A DNA stretch of 60,706 bases from IMG/VR virus record IMGVR_UViG_3300031451_000004, positions 1 through 60,706 of that record; one strand, written 5' to 3'. Shown piece by piece: positions 28,803 through 38,566 of this stretch. The DNA comes from a virus (taxonomy: Duplodnaviria > Caudoviricetes). Numbering within the stretch: the first letter of the stretch is position 1; each line of letters begins with the position of its first letter. The notes beneath the pieces were generated by a model, which ran no database searches, was not told the DNA's origin, and was given only the letters and a program-made list of their open reading frames with translations. The position numbers were made by a program, and so were the translations under genes.

Positions 28803-29435
28803 TCAGGAGCGCTTGCTTTTGTGCCATTGCACGGCGTTTGCGGCTTGGTTCCAGATGTGTTCGGCTTGTTCGCGTTCTAAAGAACGCGGATGCCCGCTTC
28901 TTTCTAAACCAGACGAAGTCAATCTTCCATCATAGCTGATCAAATCGTGGCAAAAATCGATCTGTTCTAAATATCCATTAGATGATTGATAGAATAGGGT
29001 TGCTAAACCTGGAGCCCACACATAATAATTTTCTACTTTCATTCGTTCGCCAAGCCATCCTAACGCTGCAGAGCCAATAAGGCATTTTTGGTTTAATGCT
29101 AACGATGATCCAAGCAGCAATAAGTCTTTATCCCAACCAGCCGTTCGTGCCGCCCGTTCCATCTTGTTGCAAACATTTTGATCACGTTGAGTGATTGGTT
29201 TGACTTCAACTAGAACATCGCACTTGCCACCGTTAGTTTTAAGCAAAAAGTCAGGCGACCACTCACCTAAGTCGAACGGCTCATACTCATATGCCCAGCC
29301 AACGGTATCGAAAAACGACGCCCATTTAGCTTCAAGGCGGCTGCGGTATTGCCTGCCTTTGTAAAGCGTCGGAATGGCCTGGATTTTATACATTGCGCGC
29401 GCGTCCTTGGTCAGAGCGGGCTTTCGCCCGCCCAT
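28803..29435 (-). CDS. PD-(D/E)xK nuclease-like protein
   Basis: YRSRLEAKWA, YEYEP, PDF...VEVKP. Confidence 0.75.
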   Translation of the reverse strand: MGGRKPALTKDARAMYKIQAIPTLYKGRQYRSRLEAKWASFFDTVGWAYEYEPFDLGEWSPDFLLKTNGGKCDVLVEVKPITQRDQNVCNKMERAARTAGWDKDLLLLGSSLALNQKCLIGSAALGWLGERMKVENYYVWAPGLATLFYQSSNGYLEQIDFCHDLISYDGRLTSSGLERSGHPRSLEREQAEHIWNQAANAVQWHKSKRS

Positions 29436-29438
29436 CGG

Positions 29439-31058
29439 TCAATTATGCAAAAACATTACGCTCGTCGCCGGAAACGTAACGCTATCCGCAACGCCCATGT
29501 TCGAAGTCACCCCACCCATTGCACCGGGTGAAATCTCATGGCGTGCAACTCGACTTGGACCGCCCGGCAAATTGAGCAGCGCAACTGGTGTCGTGATCGC
29601 GCCGCCTGAACGGTTGGTCACCATCACGCCGAACCGCCCGCCATTCATAACGGCCATGACTTTTAGCGCCCCGTTGCTCGATGTGGCAGCGACTTCCCTG
29701 CCACCCATCACCTGTCCACCGCGGGCGACCAGGCGCCCGTTGGGACAGATGTTGCCACCCTGGACAAGCCCGTAATCACCATCGCGCCCAGCTTCCCAGA
29801 TTGCAGCGCCTGCCATTGGCACGCCGGTTTGGACCATCGCCATGATCCAGTTCGCCCAGAACACCGCACCGATGCAATTTTGCTGGCGACCGTCACCTTG
29901 CGCCGCGCACTCTACGTTGCCTTCACCCATGAAGATCGGCGCTGATGCATTCTTCGTGCCGGCTAGTGCAGAAGCGCACGTTTTTACATCGTTTGCCGCA
30001 CGGCCATTCTGCATGAGCTGATCGTCGTTCGGTGTCGGATCGCTGCCGCCTTTGCAGTAGGCGTAGGCGTGGAAGTTGGGCCAGAACAAACCGTTTGCAG
30101 AATTGGCCAGCGCTCGGATGCGGTCATAATGCACGTAGCTATCCACGGTTCCGGTTAGGGCTATGTTTGGATCGATGGCATGGACCGCCGACTCTGCCGC
30201 CTGATACAACGCAACGTATTGGTTGATGTCGAGTTGGTCATCTTCATTGCCTACCTCGATCGCCGAGAGTGGCGTGAGCTGGCCCGTCTTGCCGCGTGCC
30301 GACTTGAACTGACGTACCATGGCTGAGCACATCTTGCCGTAGTCGTCTGGCGAGCGTCCGTTGAGTCGGATGCCGCAGACGAGTTGGGCATCTGGTGCGA
30401 TGAACCGATAGGAGTTATCAAAGAAACGCTGCATGGAACTGAAGTCAGGCGCAGACGGATTGCGAAAAATATTGTCTGACCAGTAGCCGGCGCCGCCACC
30501 GGAGTTGCAATTGATGCGGTAGAGCCGCGGCATGATCTGCGCCATGGCAGATAGAAACTGTTCATCGCCCATGGCGGAGAAGTTGTCATCATTCGGCCAA
30601 GCCGCGGCGACGCCGAACATGCCGGCTGGCACGCTATTCCCTGTCAGTCGACTGAAATCGACCGTGATAGCTGCGGGTCCGGTTGGAGCAGCTGCGGCGA
30701 CGGCTGGGGCGCGTGGGTCCTTTTGCTGTGAGCTCCATTTGCCAGGCGTTCCATACCACCATCCCCCCGCCTTATTGGTCTGCCACATCGTAAGTTTGCC
30801 AGGAGTGCCCCATGCCAAAAGGCCAACAACGTTCGCCGTCGTCTTATCTAGCGTGTCATTGACGGTCACAAGGCCAGCTGTCGAGATTGTCCAGCGATTG
30901 CCGGCGCTATCTACCAAGATGCCTTTGGTGTCTCCGACGTAGGTGCCAGGTATGCTTTCAACTGGTTTAGCTAGTGCTGCAGCGATCTGTGCGTCCAGAG
31001 CGCTTAGAGCGCTCGCCATCGCTGCCCGTTGAACCTGTAGCTCTGCAAGTGTGGCCAT
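29439..31058 (-). CDS. Clan GH-A (GH39-like) glycoside hydrolase with an N-terminal coiled coil
   Basis: IEVGNE and FMGEGN motifs; paralogous to the C-terminal half of 13040-15880. Confidence 0.75.
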   Translation of the reverse strand: MATLAELQVQRAAMASALSALDAQIAAALAKPVESIPGTYVGDTKGILVDSAGNRWTISTAGLVTVNDTLDKTTANVVGLLAWGTPGKLTMWQTNKAGGWWYGTPGKWSSQQKDPRAPAVAAAAPTGPAAITVDFSRLTGNSVPAGMFGVAAAWPNDDNFSAMGDEQFLSAMAQIMPRLYRINCNSGGGAGYWSDNIFRNPSAPDFSSMQRFFDNSYRFIAPDAQLVCGIRLNGRSPDDYGKMCSAMVRQFKSARGKTGQLTPLSAIEVGNEDDQLDINQYVALYQAAESAVHAIDPNIALTGTVDSYVHYDRIRALANSANGLFWPNFHAYAYCKGGSDPTPNDDQLMQNGRAANDVKTCASALAGTKNASAPIFMGEGNVECAAQGDGRQQNCIGAVFWANWIMAMVQTGVPMAGAAIWEAGRDGDYGLVQGGNICPNGRLVARGGQVMGGREVAATSSNGALKVMAVMNGGRFGVMVTNRSGGAITTPVALLNLPGGPSRVARHEISPGAMGGVTSNMGVADSVTFPATSVMFLHN

Positions 31059-31072
31059 GTCGTTAACTCCTA

Positions 31073-31384
31073 TTAATAAGGTATTTCATCAGCTGAAATT
31101 GGGTCGTCCTTAGATCGCAGGACAGCAAACGGTTTGTGCAGCTTCGCCATTGCATCGGCATAGCCCATGACTACGACCTCGATAAAACCGAACCATTCAT
31201 CTCGGCTCAAGGTTGCCAGGTCGGTTTTGTCGAGTTTATCCATATACTCGCCCGCCACATCGCTTGTGGCCATGATGGCGTTGACTTCGTTGCTGCTAAT
31301 CTCTGTCACGACAGCTCCTGGCCAGGCTTTGAGGATTGCTTGCACAAGCGGATGGTCGGAAGGGGACGTCATGCATACTTGCAT
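31073..31384 (-). CDS. Hypothetical protein (DUF6511-like)
   Basis: AGEYMDKLDKTDLATLSRDEW...EIPY. Confidence 0.65.
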   Translation of the reverse strand: MQVCMTSPSDHPLVQAILKAWPGAVVTEISSNEVNAIMATSDVAGEYMDKLDKTDLATLSRDEWFGFIEVVVMGYADAMAKLHKPFAVLRSKDDPISADEIPY

Positions 31385-31578
31385 CCCTCAAAAGTAAGGT
31401 CTGTTACGGCGTTGCCGCGAAGGTCGCGCCGAACAAGGGCAAGATCTTCGCCACTGCGGAAAATGTGAATAACGTCTTCCATTTTCTTTTGCACACAACG
31501 TCGCGCATCGCGATCGGCGTCTGCAAACGTTTCAAACAATTTTCCACTGCCATCATGACGAAATGGTATATTATTCAT
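31369..31578 (-). CDS. Hypothetical protein
   Basis: Coupled to the helicase gene. Confidence 0.5.
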   Translation of the reverse strand: MNNIPFRHDGSGKLFETFADADRDARRCVQKKMEDVIHIFRSGEDLALVRRDLRGNAVTDLTFEGCKYA

Positions 31579-33230
31579 CAGAACTTTACTCCCACGATCT
31601 CTGTGTATTTCCCTACCGGGCGGACCTGAATAGCTATAGGCGTAGGCAGGCTAGGAGCGAGCTCTAGGGCCTCTTCCACGTTGGCAGGCACATGCTGACC
31701 GGGAACGCGACGTTGCCACCACGAGCACGCTTTTTGACGTGCGTAGCCCCCATGTTCGAGTGCCACCCATTCTCGGTGCTGTGCCAGGCCGCAGGCGTAT
31801 GTGACAACAAGGCTATCTGGCTTGCCTTCTTTCTTGTGTCGGCCATAGAGCGTCTTGGAAACATTGATCCACTGTGGCTCGGCAAAACGCGCGACGATGG
31901 CGAGCTTGCTTGAGGCTATAGAGACTTTTGCGATTGGCGCCGGAAACGGATGTCCGCAGTTGAAGCACGTTCGAGCGGCGGCAGCGCACCGAGTTTCGCA
32001 GTCAGGACACACGCGGAACGGAGCGGCGCCGGGTTCGTCGCTTTCGTCCTTTCGATGCTTGCGACCGTCGATTCTATCAATAGGACCGTGACGGGCGATA
32101 TTCCCTCCAAAATCTAATATAGCGCAATCGTCTTTTCCGGGAGCAAGTCGAGTGCCGCGGCCAACAATCTGACAATATAAGCCTTTGCTCTTGGTAGGTC
32201 GGACTAATGCAACCAGGTCAGTTCCCGGCGCATCAAAGCCCGTGGTAAAAACTGCCATATTGGTAATGCACCGAATACGTCCGGCTTGAAACTCGGCAAC
32301 GATGCGGTCCCGCTCGGCTTCCGGTGTTTCGCCCGTCACCGTCTCGGCCGTGATGCCGTAGCTCCTAATCATGTCCCGTAGCGTGTATGCATGACGAATG
32401 CCGCAGGCGAATACGAGCCATGAACCCCGATCAATACCTTTTGCCACGATTTCACGAGCGATAAGTCGGTTTACTTCATCATCCTCTACGGCAGCTTCCA
32501 ACTCGGATGCGATGAACTCGCCGCCGCGTGTGCCAACACCGGACGTGTCAATTTGCGTGGTTCCGGTTTCGCTAACCAGGTGCGATAGGTATCCTGCCTC
32601 AATCATTTCTCCTATGTCGGCTTCGTAGCAAATTCGTTGGAACATCGCATCCGGCCCTTCGTCGAGCCGTCCGCTGTCCATTCTAAAAGGCGTAGCTGTA
32701 AGACCGACGATCTTGAGCATGCCGGCATTGATCTCGTTTAGCTCCTTTAGGAACCGGCGATACATGCCCTGCTCTTTTGCGCCGATCAGGTGCGCCTCGT
32801 CCACAAGCACCAGGTCAACCCGTTGCAGCTTCGCCGCCTTCCTATGGATTGATTGGATACCAGCCACAAGGATCCGCGCGTCGAGGTCGCGTTGGTTCAG
32901 CCCGGCGCTATAGATGCCCACCGGCGCATCCGGCCATACCTGTAATATGGCCTTGTGATCCTGGCGTAGTAGCTCGCGGACATGCGCCAGGATCAGCACC
33001 CGCACCGGCTCTTGTGGCCAGCCCTGGATAGCTTGCGAGGCTATGGCTGCAAGAACTAAGGACTTGCCTGTTCCGGTAGGCAAAACCAGAAGAGGATTGC
33101 CGGTTTTCGTCTCAAAATGTTTCCAGACTGAATTTACGGCTGTGCTTTGATAAGGACGCAGTTGGATCAATGGTGTATCCAGCTCAGGTCGATGCAGCCA
33201 ACCATGCGGCATCAATGGGGGCTTGTTCAT
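31578..33230 (-). CDS. SF2 DEAH helicase (RadD/YejH-like) with a Zn finger
   Basis: LRPYQ, PTGTGKS, DEAH, TATP, QIVGRGTR, CPDC...CFNC. Confidence 0.95.
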   Translation of the reverse strand: MNKPPLMPHGWLHRPELDTPLIQLRPYQSTAVNSVWKHFETKTGNPLLVLPTGTGKSLVLAAIASQAIQGWPQEPVRVLILAHVRELLRQDHKAILQVWPDAPVGIYSAGLNQRDLDARILVAGIQSIHRKAAKLQRVDLVLVDEAHLIGAKEQGMYRRFLKELNEINAGMLKIVGLTATPFRMDSGRLDEGPDAMFQRICYEADIGEMIEAGYLSHLVSETGTTQIDTSGVGTRGGEFIASELEAAVEDDEVNRLIAREIVAKGIDRGSWLVFACGIRHAYTLRDMIRSYGITAETVTGETPEAERDRIVAEFQAGRIRCITNMAVFTTGFDAPGTDLVALVRPTKSKGLYCQIVGRGTRLAPGKDDCAILDFGGNIARHGPIDRIDGRKHRKDESDEPGAAPFRVCPDCETRCAAAARTCFNCGHPFPAPIAKVSIASSKLAIVARFAEPQWINVSKTLYGRHKKEGKPDSLVVTYACGLAQHREWVALEHGGYARQKACSWWQRRVPGQHVPANVEEALELAPSLPTPIAIQVRPVGKYTEIVGVKF

Positions 33231-33703
33231 CGGGCTTCTTTCACCTCGACCAGACGAGCCTCAACGCCACTGACCAGCGCATTCAGATTCAGGACGGCAA
33301 CAGCCTCAGCGTCCATAAGGACGCGCAGCAACATGGCTGCGTCCGTGCCTGTGACATTGATTAGCGTGGCCGCTTCGTCGCCTGCCCACCGGCCGCCGCG
33401 CGCGACCAAAAATGATTGCACATCTGAAGTCGGAACAAAGTGTTTTACGGCCTCTAAAAAAGTTGTTGCCTTTGGCGGCTGCCAGCCCAAGGCAACAAGC
33501 CGTGCCGTGATAGCGATCTGCACCACCCGGTCTCGGCTATAGAGAATTGGATGGCCGCGGCCGAACTGATCGCGCTCCTCCTCAGTCATCAAAATGACTT
33601 GCGGCTTGCGCGACGCCCAATTCTTCAGCGTGGCCAAACTCACACCGGCCGCAGAAGCAGCCTCGGGCGATGTATAATAAGGTATATGATTAGGCTTATT
33701 CAT
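33227..33703 (-). CDS. HTH (MerR/excisionase-like) DNA-binding protein
   Basis: YTSPEAASAAGVSLATLKNWASR. Confidence 0.65.
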   Translation of the reverse strand: MNKPNHIPYYTSPEAASAAGVSLATLKNWASRKPQVILMTEEERDQFGRGHPILYSRDRVVQIAITARLVALGWQPPKATTFLEAVKHFVPTSDVQSFLVARGGRWAGDEAATLINVTGTDAAMLLRVLMDAEAVAVLNLNALVSGVEARLVEVKEAR

Positions 33704-34223
33704 CGTATTCCTCCACATTTCGAACCCCGAACCGCTTTCGGCTTCGTTCCCCGGGAAACCGCACCGCCTTATGTTGCGGCGCGCGCGGAGCCTGATACTC
33801 ATACGCCGTGATCAGCTCGTTACGTGAACGATTGAACACTACTATGAATGTCTTGCCGCGCCATTGCACCTCGCAATGTAAAATGGTTTGCAGTTGTGTT
33901 CTAAGGATGCGCACATCTGATCCGCCAAGCCGCACCAGTTGCGCCAGTTCGCCAAGCTCTGCCGGGCCGACGGTGATCCCAAGCCGTTCATCCATGCGCT
34001 CGCTAAAATGCGCACCCATAGGCGACGATGTGCCGACATCGTTCAATGTCGCTTCTATTCGAGCTGCCAAAAACGGCTTGTCAATGCGCTGTTCCTTGCG
34101 CACTGAGATACGCTTGATCGGAGACGGTCCGGCGATCTCTTCGGCTGCAGCAAGTATTCTGGCAAAGGCGTCCGGTGCAAGATACTTAGTTGCCGCATCA
34201 AAGAACGCTTGTAGGAGCGTCAT
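33696..34223 (-). CDS. Hypothetical protein
   Basis: HFSERMDERLG...LITAY, loosely RelE/DUF4258-like. Confidence 0.55.
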   Translation of the reverse strand: MTLLQAFFDAATKYLAPDAFARILAAAEEIAGPSPIKRISVRKEQRIDKPFLAARIEATLNDVGTSSPMGAHFSERMDERLGITVGPAELGELAQLVRLGGSDVRILRTQLQTILHCEVQWRGKTFIVVFNRSRNELITAYEYQAPRAPQHKAVRFPGERSRKRFGVRNVEEYDE

Positions 34224-34402
34224 GGTGCGTCTCTGTTAAGCACTTCAACAAAGTATGCCCTAAGATGCTTGGTTAGAATTCTGGTACTTTCATGCTCTTT
34301 GGGCGCTATTCTCCAAGATAAAACTAACACTTTTTCGGACAAAAGTCCGCGTAAAGCTGCATATATCTTTTGCATGATAATTATTCCTTCAAATTGTGGC
34401 AC
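34220..34402 (-). CDS. Small hypothetical protein (start uncertain)
   Basis: Fills an operon gap with an ATGA overlap. Confidence 0.4.
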   Translation of the reverse strand: MPQFEGIIIMQKIYAALRGLLSEKVLVLSWRIAPKEHESTRILTKHLRAYFVEVLNRDAP

Positions 34403-35121
34403 TCTACTCTATGGTGACACCAACTACACTGCCACCACGACGGTGTATTGCTGATCCGGGCCAAAGGCACCTTCGCATCAAGAATGCGCCTGGCCTTGTC
34501 TTTGATCGCTTCAAACGCTAACGGATCAAACTCAGTCCGCACGCTATCCCATTCGCGAACACCGGGCGTGCAGACGGTCATGTAGCTGCGTGTGAGCTTG
34601 CTGTAGCCCATGTATGACTGCGCTTGATGCCAATAAACGCCATTCCATTCCTTGAGCGCGTTCTTTTCGCCCAAGGTCCGCTTCAAGCTCTTGAATTTCT
34701 CAAACGATTTTTCGTTGACGGCTTTTCCCTCCCAGACGTGAAGGGTTCTAGGCGCCTGTTTCAGACCAATGATCTTTCCGTCCATGTGGCCAGCAAAACG
34801 CCCGTCAAAGTCGGTCAGCTCCCATTGCCTCCCCGTGGCTGGATCGACCGTCATCAGAGTAACGCCGTCCACCAGACGCAGCCGATCAGCCATTACATTT
34901 TCCGAAGCATGTCCATCGGCAAACCGCTTTAGCGTTTCCGCCGTGAACACCTCGCGATGCGTAGTATGATAGCCATACCACAACTTCCGCGAACACGGAT
35001 CACCGATGGATGACATGCCGAGATAGCTACGCCGCCGCTCACGTTTGCTGATTAAGACCATGGCGGCATCTGCCGCTTCGAGCGTAGGATCAATGGCAAT
35101 CGTGATTGGCAACGCAACCAT
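34381..35121 (-). CDS. Cas4-like PD-(D/E)xK exonuclease
   Basis: CSRKLWY, GHMDG, WEGK, QAQSYM, CSWC-x5-C (four Fe-S cysteines). Confidence 0.85.
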   Translation of the reverse strand: MVALPITIAIDPTLEAADAAMVLISKRERRRSYLGMSSIGDPCSRKLWYGYHTTHREVFTAETLKRFADGHASENVMADRLRLVDGVTLMTVDPATGRQWELTDFDGRFAGHMDGKIIGLKQAPRTLHVWEGKAVNEKSFEKFKSLKRTLGEKNALKEWNGVYWHQAQSYMGYSKLTRSYMTVCTPGVREWDSVRTEFDPLAFEAIKDKARRILDAKVPLARISNTPSWWQCSWCHHRVECHNLKE

Positions 35122-35327
35122 TATGCAGGCCGGTCGACTTCGCCAGTCTTCACGATATAGCCGTCAATGGATTTATATGTTGCCCATTCGCTGCCGTTTC
35201 GATTGCTGATCCGGATTTCATACGGACTAAGCATATCTTCATGGCAATAGTCGCGACGGATGCTATGCGTGGTGCAGAAATCTGTCATGGCAAGGCTTCG
35301 GTGCAGCTCGTCAAACGGATTATCCAT
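35121..35327 (-). CDS. Hypothetical protein
   Basis: ATG 35327 (MDNPFDEL...) overlaps the upstream gene. Confidence 0.5.
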   Translation of the reverse strand: MDNPFDELHRSLAMTDFCTTHSIRRDYCHEDMLSPYEIRISNRNGSEWATYKSIDGYIVKTGEVDRPA

Positions 35328-35832
35328 GATCGTTAGTCCGCCTCCGCCAGAATGGGGTTTCTTCGCTCGCTGCAGGGGTGCCAGAACCCGCCGGTGCTTT
35401 TTTGACACCCGATGTCCCGCCAATAGCGAAGTAGCCCTTAACCTTGTTCTGAGCGTCCCGCATGACACCATTCTTGTCTGGTCCGGCAGGCTGCACCGCC
35501 ACCTTGATCATCATTGGCTTGAAGTGCAGCTCGTCGCTGTCCGATACCTGCATCTGTCCGGTAGCGTGGCAAATGGCGGATAGTGTCTTTGCCGCGATCT
35601 CCGCTGCCGTGGCGTTGCTGTTGATTAGGTTCAGCAGATCGAAAACACGTTGATTTTTGTAAGGACCTTCGAGGATGGCCAGCTCGAGATTGAGGTATTG
35701 GTTGGAAGAATTCTTAACATCCTTCATTTCGGATTTGACGATTTCCGCCTTGTAGTCGCCAGGCGATATCACATTTCGAGGCGATGACGGCTCGACGACG
35801 TTGGCATCGAATGCTTGTCCTAGGGCGGCCAT
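35320..35832 (-). CDS. DUF669-like single-stranded DNA-binding protein
   Basis: ISPGDYKAEI...LSAICHATG...NKVKGY with a TPFW tail; adjacent to Sak4. Confidence 0.85.
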   Translation of the reverse strand: MAALGQAFDANVVEPSSPRNVISPGDYKAEIVKSEMKDVKNSSNQYLNLELAILEGPYKNQRVFDLLNLINSNATAAEIAAKTLSAICHATGQMQVSDSDELHFKPMMIKVAVQPAGPDKNGVMRDAQNKVKGYFAIGGTSGVKKAPAGSGTPAASEETPFWRRRTNDHG

Positions 35833-35835
35833 AGT

Positions 35836-36588
35836 TTAGCTTCCTTTCGTGTAATATGGAATGTGCTTGGCAACGCTGTCCCATGATAGCGGAATCATGG
35901 GTGGCATTCCAAAACGGTTTTTAGCTTTATGCGAGGGACGTTCTTCGGTGTAGATTACCCGATCCTCGCCACCAACGCCGCGTGTGACCTTCTTCCCGTG
36001 CCCCGCTTTAGTCTCAACCGTCGAGACCCGGTAGTTAGCAAAGAGCACGCAATCCATTTTTTCTTGCAGGTATTCCGAGGCCGCTTTGTGCAGCTTTGGC
36101 ACGTAGCGATCATAGGATGCACTCTCTGGCGCGTCGAACTTCTGGATTGCAGAATGTGCGAGAAGAATGATGCCCATGCCGCGATCATTGCGGAGGTCGC
36201 TCATTCCTTGTTGAAACAGTTTCCAGTGATCGAAAGCGGCCGCATACCCTTTGCCGTAGTCCGGCGCCGCGATGTTTGCCCAACCGTTATCGATGCAAGC
36301 TTGTGTCCAAATCAGTTGCTCAAGGTCATCCAGCGTATCGAGCACCAGAGTCTTGTAGTCGTGCGGATCGTTGTAAAGCGAGCCGATTGACTCAAGCACC
36401 TGATCGAACGTCGTATGCATCCCCATGGTCGGCGGATCGAGCAGCCCGAAACCGTCCTCCGTTTGGATGAATACTGAGCCCGGCGCTTCCGAACCCAACG
36501 TTGTCTTGCCGATGCCGTGCACCGCATACAGCATGGTCATAGGCGGCCGCGGAGGACTGCCCCTCTTTACGTCGTTAATTGATGGCAA
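35836..36588 (-). CDS. Sak4-like (AAA_24) recombinase ATPase
   Basis: HGIGKTT, QTEDG, LVLDTLD, LLAHS, AKNRF. Confidence 0.9.
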   Translation of the reverse strand: MPSINDVKRGSPPRPPMTMLYAVHGIGKTTLGSEAPGSVFIQTEDGFGLLDPPTMGMHTTFDQVLESIGSLYNDPHDYKTLVLDTLDDLEQLIWTQACIDNGWANIAAPDYGKGYAAAFDHWKLFQQGMSDLRNDRGMGIILLAHSAIQKFDAPESASYDRYVPKLHKAASEYLQEKMDCVLFANYRVSTVETKAGHGKKVTRGVGGEDRVIYTEERPSHKAKNRFGMPPMIPLSWDSVAKHIPYYTKGS

Positions 36589-36739
36589 TGCCTTTGCTCC
36601 CTTGTCTTTTCACATTTTGCAGCTTCTTGACCAATTCGCCAAGCCTACCTGCAGCTTCTGGATTACTTTCGCTTAGCGCTTCAATTTCACCTTGCACTAA
36701 TTCAGCAAGATATGCAGCTTCAACCTGTGTTAGAAACAC
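36575..36739 (-). CDS. Small hypothetical protein (54 aa), not in the ORF track
   Basis: Manual translation MFLTQVEAAYLAELVQGEI...; overlaps both neighbours. Confidence 0.45.
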   Translation of the reverse strand: MFLTQVEAAYLAELVQGEIEALSESNPEAAGRLGELVKKLQNVKRQGSKGIAIN

Positions 36740-36912
36740 TTTTGATTGGCATGTAGCGTGTCCTCGACTGCTGTATTGAGCCGGGCTGCGATGCGCAGTA
36801 TTCCCTGCTTAAGCTTGCCGTCATCGAGTTCGTCTGCTTTTTGTTCTGCAATTACCGCGAGCAACAAGGCATCATTCATATGCATATCGATTAGCATTTT
36901 TCCCCCTTGCAT
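36730..36912 (-). CDS. Hypothetical protein
   Basis: First gene of the leftward early operon. Confidence 0.5.
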   Translation of the reverse strand: MQGGKMLIDMHMNDALLLAVIAEQKADELDDGKLKQGILRIAARLNTAVEDTLHANQKCF

Positions 36913-36924
36913 TAGCTGTGAACA

Positions 36925-36959
36925 GATGCAATGTGCATCGGATTGATGGGTAAATCAAT
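36925..36959. promoter_or_regulatory. Operator-like inverted repeats in the divergent switch region
   Basis: GATGCA-ATG-TGCATC and ATTGAT-N6-ATCAAT. Confidence 0.45.
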
Positions 36960-36976
36960 AGGAAAGAATGAAATAA

Positions 36977-37171
36977 ATGGGCATAAAGTCAGAGGTCGTT
37001 TCTGTCCACATGGACGCGCAACTGAAGGAAGCCATTTCTACTTTGGCCAAGTTCGATGGGCGTTCTGTGTCGCAATACATCGAGCGTGCACTAGTCGAGC
37101 ACGCTAGCCGGGCTGATCGTCGCGCGGCTCTGAATTTAATGCGGCGCCAGGGCGCTGTTCTGGCAGATTAA
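36977..37171 (+). CDS. Ribbon-helix-helix transcriptional regulator
   Basis: VVSVHMDAQLKEAI...DGRSVSQYIERAL. Confidence 0.8.
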   Translation: MGIKSEVVSVHMDAQLKEAISTLAKFDGRSVSQYIERALVEHASRADRRAALNLMRRQGAVLAD

Positions 37172-37796
37172 ACTGTTTGAGATCAAACACCCCAGTTTGT
37201 GCACCCCAATTGTCCCAACCAGGCCGATTAGTTCGCGAAAATAATTCGAGATACGGACCGTCGACAAGAGCTTCAATATAACTGTGCATTTCATCTGGCT
37301 TTCGGCTGTGTTCTCGGCGCGGGGCTATTACCAGCTTACGAACCGCCTTACTCTTTCGAGCCGGTTTACCGCGCGTTGCCAACACGCATTGTTCCACGTT
37401 GGCTCGCGTCCAGTATCCCATTCCAGTAAAAAAGTCATTTGATGATATGAAGTGTTTTGGCGCATTCTTGTTTGTCTTGGCCCAATAAAAGCCGATTGTT
37501 TTAAAATCAAATCCCCAAGCTTTAATCATATCGAATGCTGCCGGCAACAGTGGATCGGTTGCCCACAACAAAAGAACGCAGTCTTTTGCAGCTAATTCAG
37601 AAACTGGCAGCGCTTTAATACTATCTATATTCATGCAATTATAATGCGCTTCTGCGCTTCGGCCCAACCCTTTTGTGCTAAAAGTTTTGAATGCCCATGG
37701 TGGATCTGCATAAATAACGCCGTATTTTTTAGTTCCGATAAAATCCCCAAATACTTTAGTAGCCGCCTCGGCTACTGAACCTATTATGGCCGACAT
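37104..37796 (-). CDS. MT-A70 family adenine methyltransferase
   Basis: IYADPPW, GMGYWTRANVE, HSRKP, YLELFSR. Confidence 0.93.
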   Translation of the reverse strand: MSAIIGSVAEAATKVFGDFIGTKKYGVIYADPPWAFKTFSTKGLGRSAEAHYNCMNIDSIKALPVSELAAKDCVLLLWATDPLLPAAFDMIKAWGFDFKTIGFYWAKTNKNAPKHFISSNDFFTGMGYWTRANVEQCVLATRGKPARKSKAVRKLVIAPRREHSRKPDEMHSYIEALVDGPYLELFSRTNRPGWDNWGAQTGVFDLKQFNLPEQRPGAALNSEPRDDQPG

Positions 37797-37798
37797 GC

Positions 37799-38155
37799 CT
37801 AATTCACTCCGCTCGCCACCGGAGCGTTAACAAGCGCGCATTCAACTTTCATGGTATGTGCTGCTGTATCCTTAGCGAAATCTAAAGTCGATTGTGGATC
37901 GATGGATTGCGCGGCAATCGAGCCGATGATGCCAGAGAGCGCTAGAATGATCGTGCCCCGTTCGTTTTCAAGTCCCTGCGTTGCCATCAAATCGAGTATT
38001 CCAAAAATAGCTCGATTTACCTTATCCTTTATTGTAACATCTGCATCTATATTATCATTCACTATATCACCGCTTTGAACATAGCTACTGCACTTGATAT
38101 GATAACCGCCCAAACCGCGCAGCCGCCAAGGTACAACAGTCCAATCGTCGCCCAA
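37799..38155 (-). CDS. Hypothetical protein (start uncertain)
   Basis: ORF upstream of the methyltransferase. Confidence 0.5.
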   Translation of the reverse strand: MGDDWTVVPWRLRGLGGYHIKCSSYVQSGDIVNDNIDADVTIKDKVNRAIFGILDLMATQGLENERGTIILALSGIIGSIAAQSIDPQSTLDFAKDTAAHTMKVECALVNAPVASGVN

Positions 38156-38312
38156 TCTCTTGTCGTTGCTTTCTTGCGCATAGATGCGTCCTAAAAGTCA
38201 CACTGCGGCATTATCTTAGCTCTCCTGTGACGTACGTTATAGCAAAATCTAAAAATTTGTGTGTCGTGCGTCAAGTAATTTCTTTATCGAAAATCTTATT
38301 AATTCCTATTGA

Positions 38313-38327
38313 TTTAATTTATCGGTT
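38313..38327 (+). promoter_or_regulatory. TTTAATTTATCGGTT box, copy 1
   Basis: Identical to 40166-40180; lies in the promoter region upstream of 38372. Confidence 0.55.
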
Positions 38328-38371
38328 CGTTAGCATGATTTCTGCCGAATGGTCGGCCTAGGAATGCACAG

Positions 38372-38566
38372 ATGAACGATATGACACGTCTTCCCGCCCC
38401 TGCGGTGAACGACACGCCAGCCGCATTGATCCGAGCCTTGCGCCAGATCGCCCACTTCCCGTCGAGCGTCGCGCGCATGGGTTTGTCGGGCAACGACGCC
38501 CTGGCGCACGTTCAGGGTCTGGCGCAACAGGTTCTAGCAACTGTTGAAAAAGGAGCAATTCAGTGA
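38372..38566 (+). CDS. Hypothetical protein
   Basis: Coupled (GTGA) to the next gene. Confidence 0.55.
   Translation: MNDMTRLPAPAVNDTPAALIRALRQIAHFPSSVARMGLSGNDALAHVQGLAQQVLATVEKGAIQ

Noticed and set aside
13040-31058. Diversity-generating retroelement acting on the fibres
   Set aside because: No reverse transcriptase and no near-identical TR/VR pair were seen; the paralogy is evident only at protein level.
34381-35121. Cas4 as an adaptation module for the RAMP locus
   Set aside because: It sits in the standard Sak4/SSB/SF2 phage recombination cluster 23 kb away, and there is no cas1/cas2.
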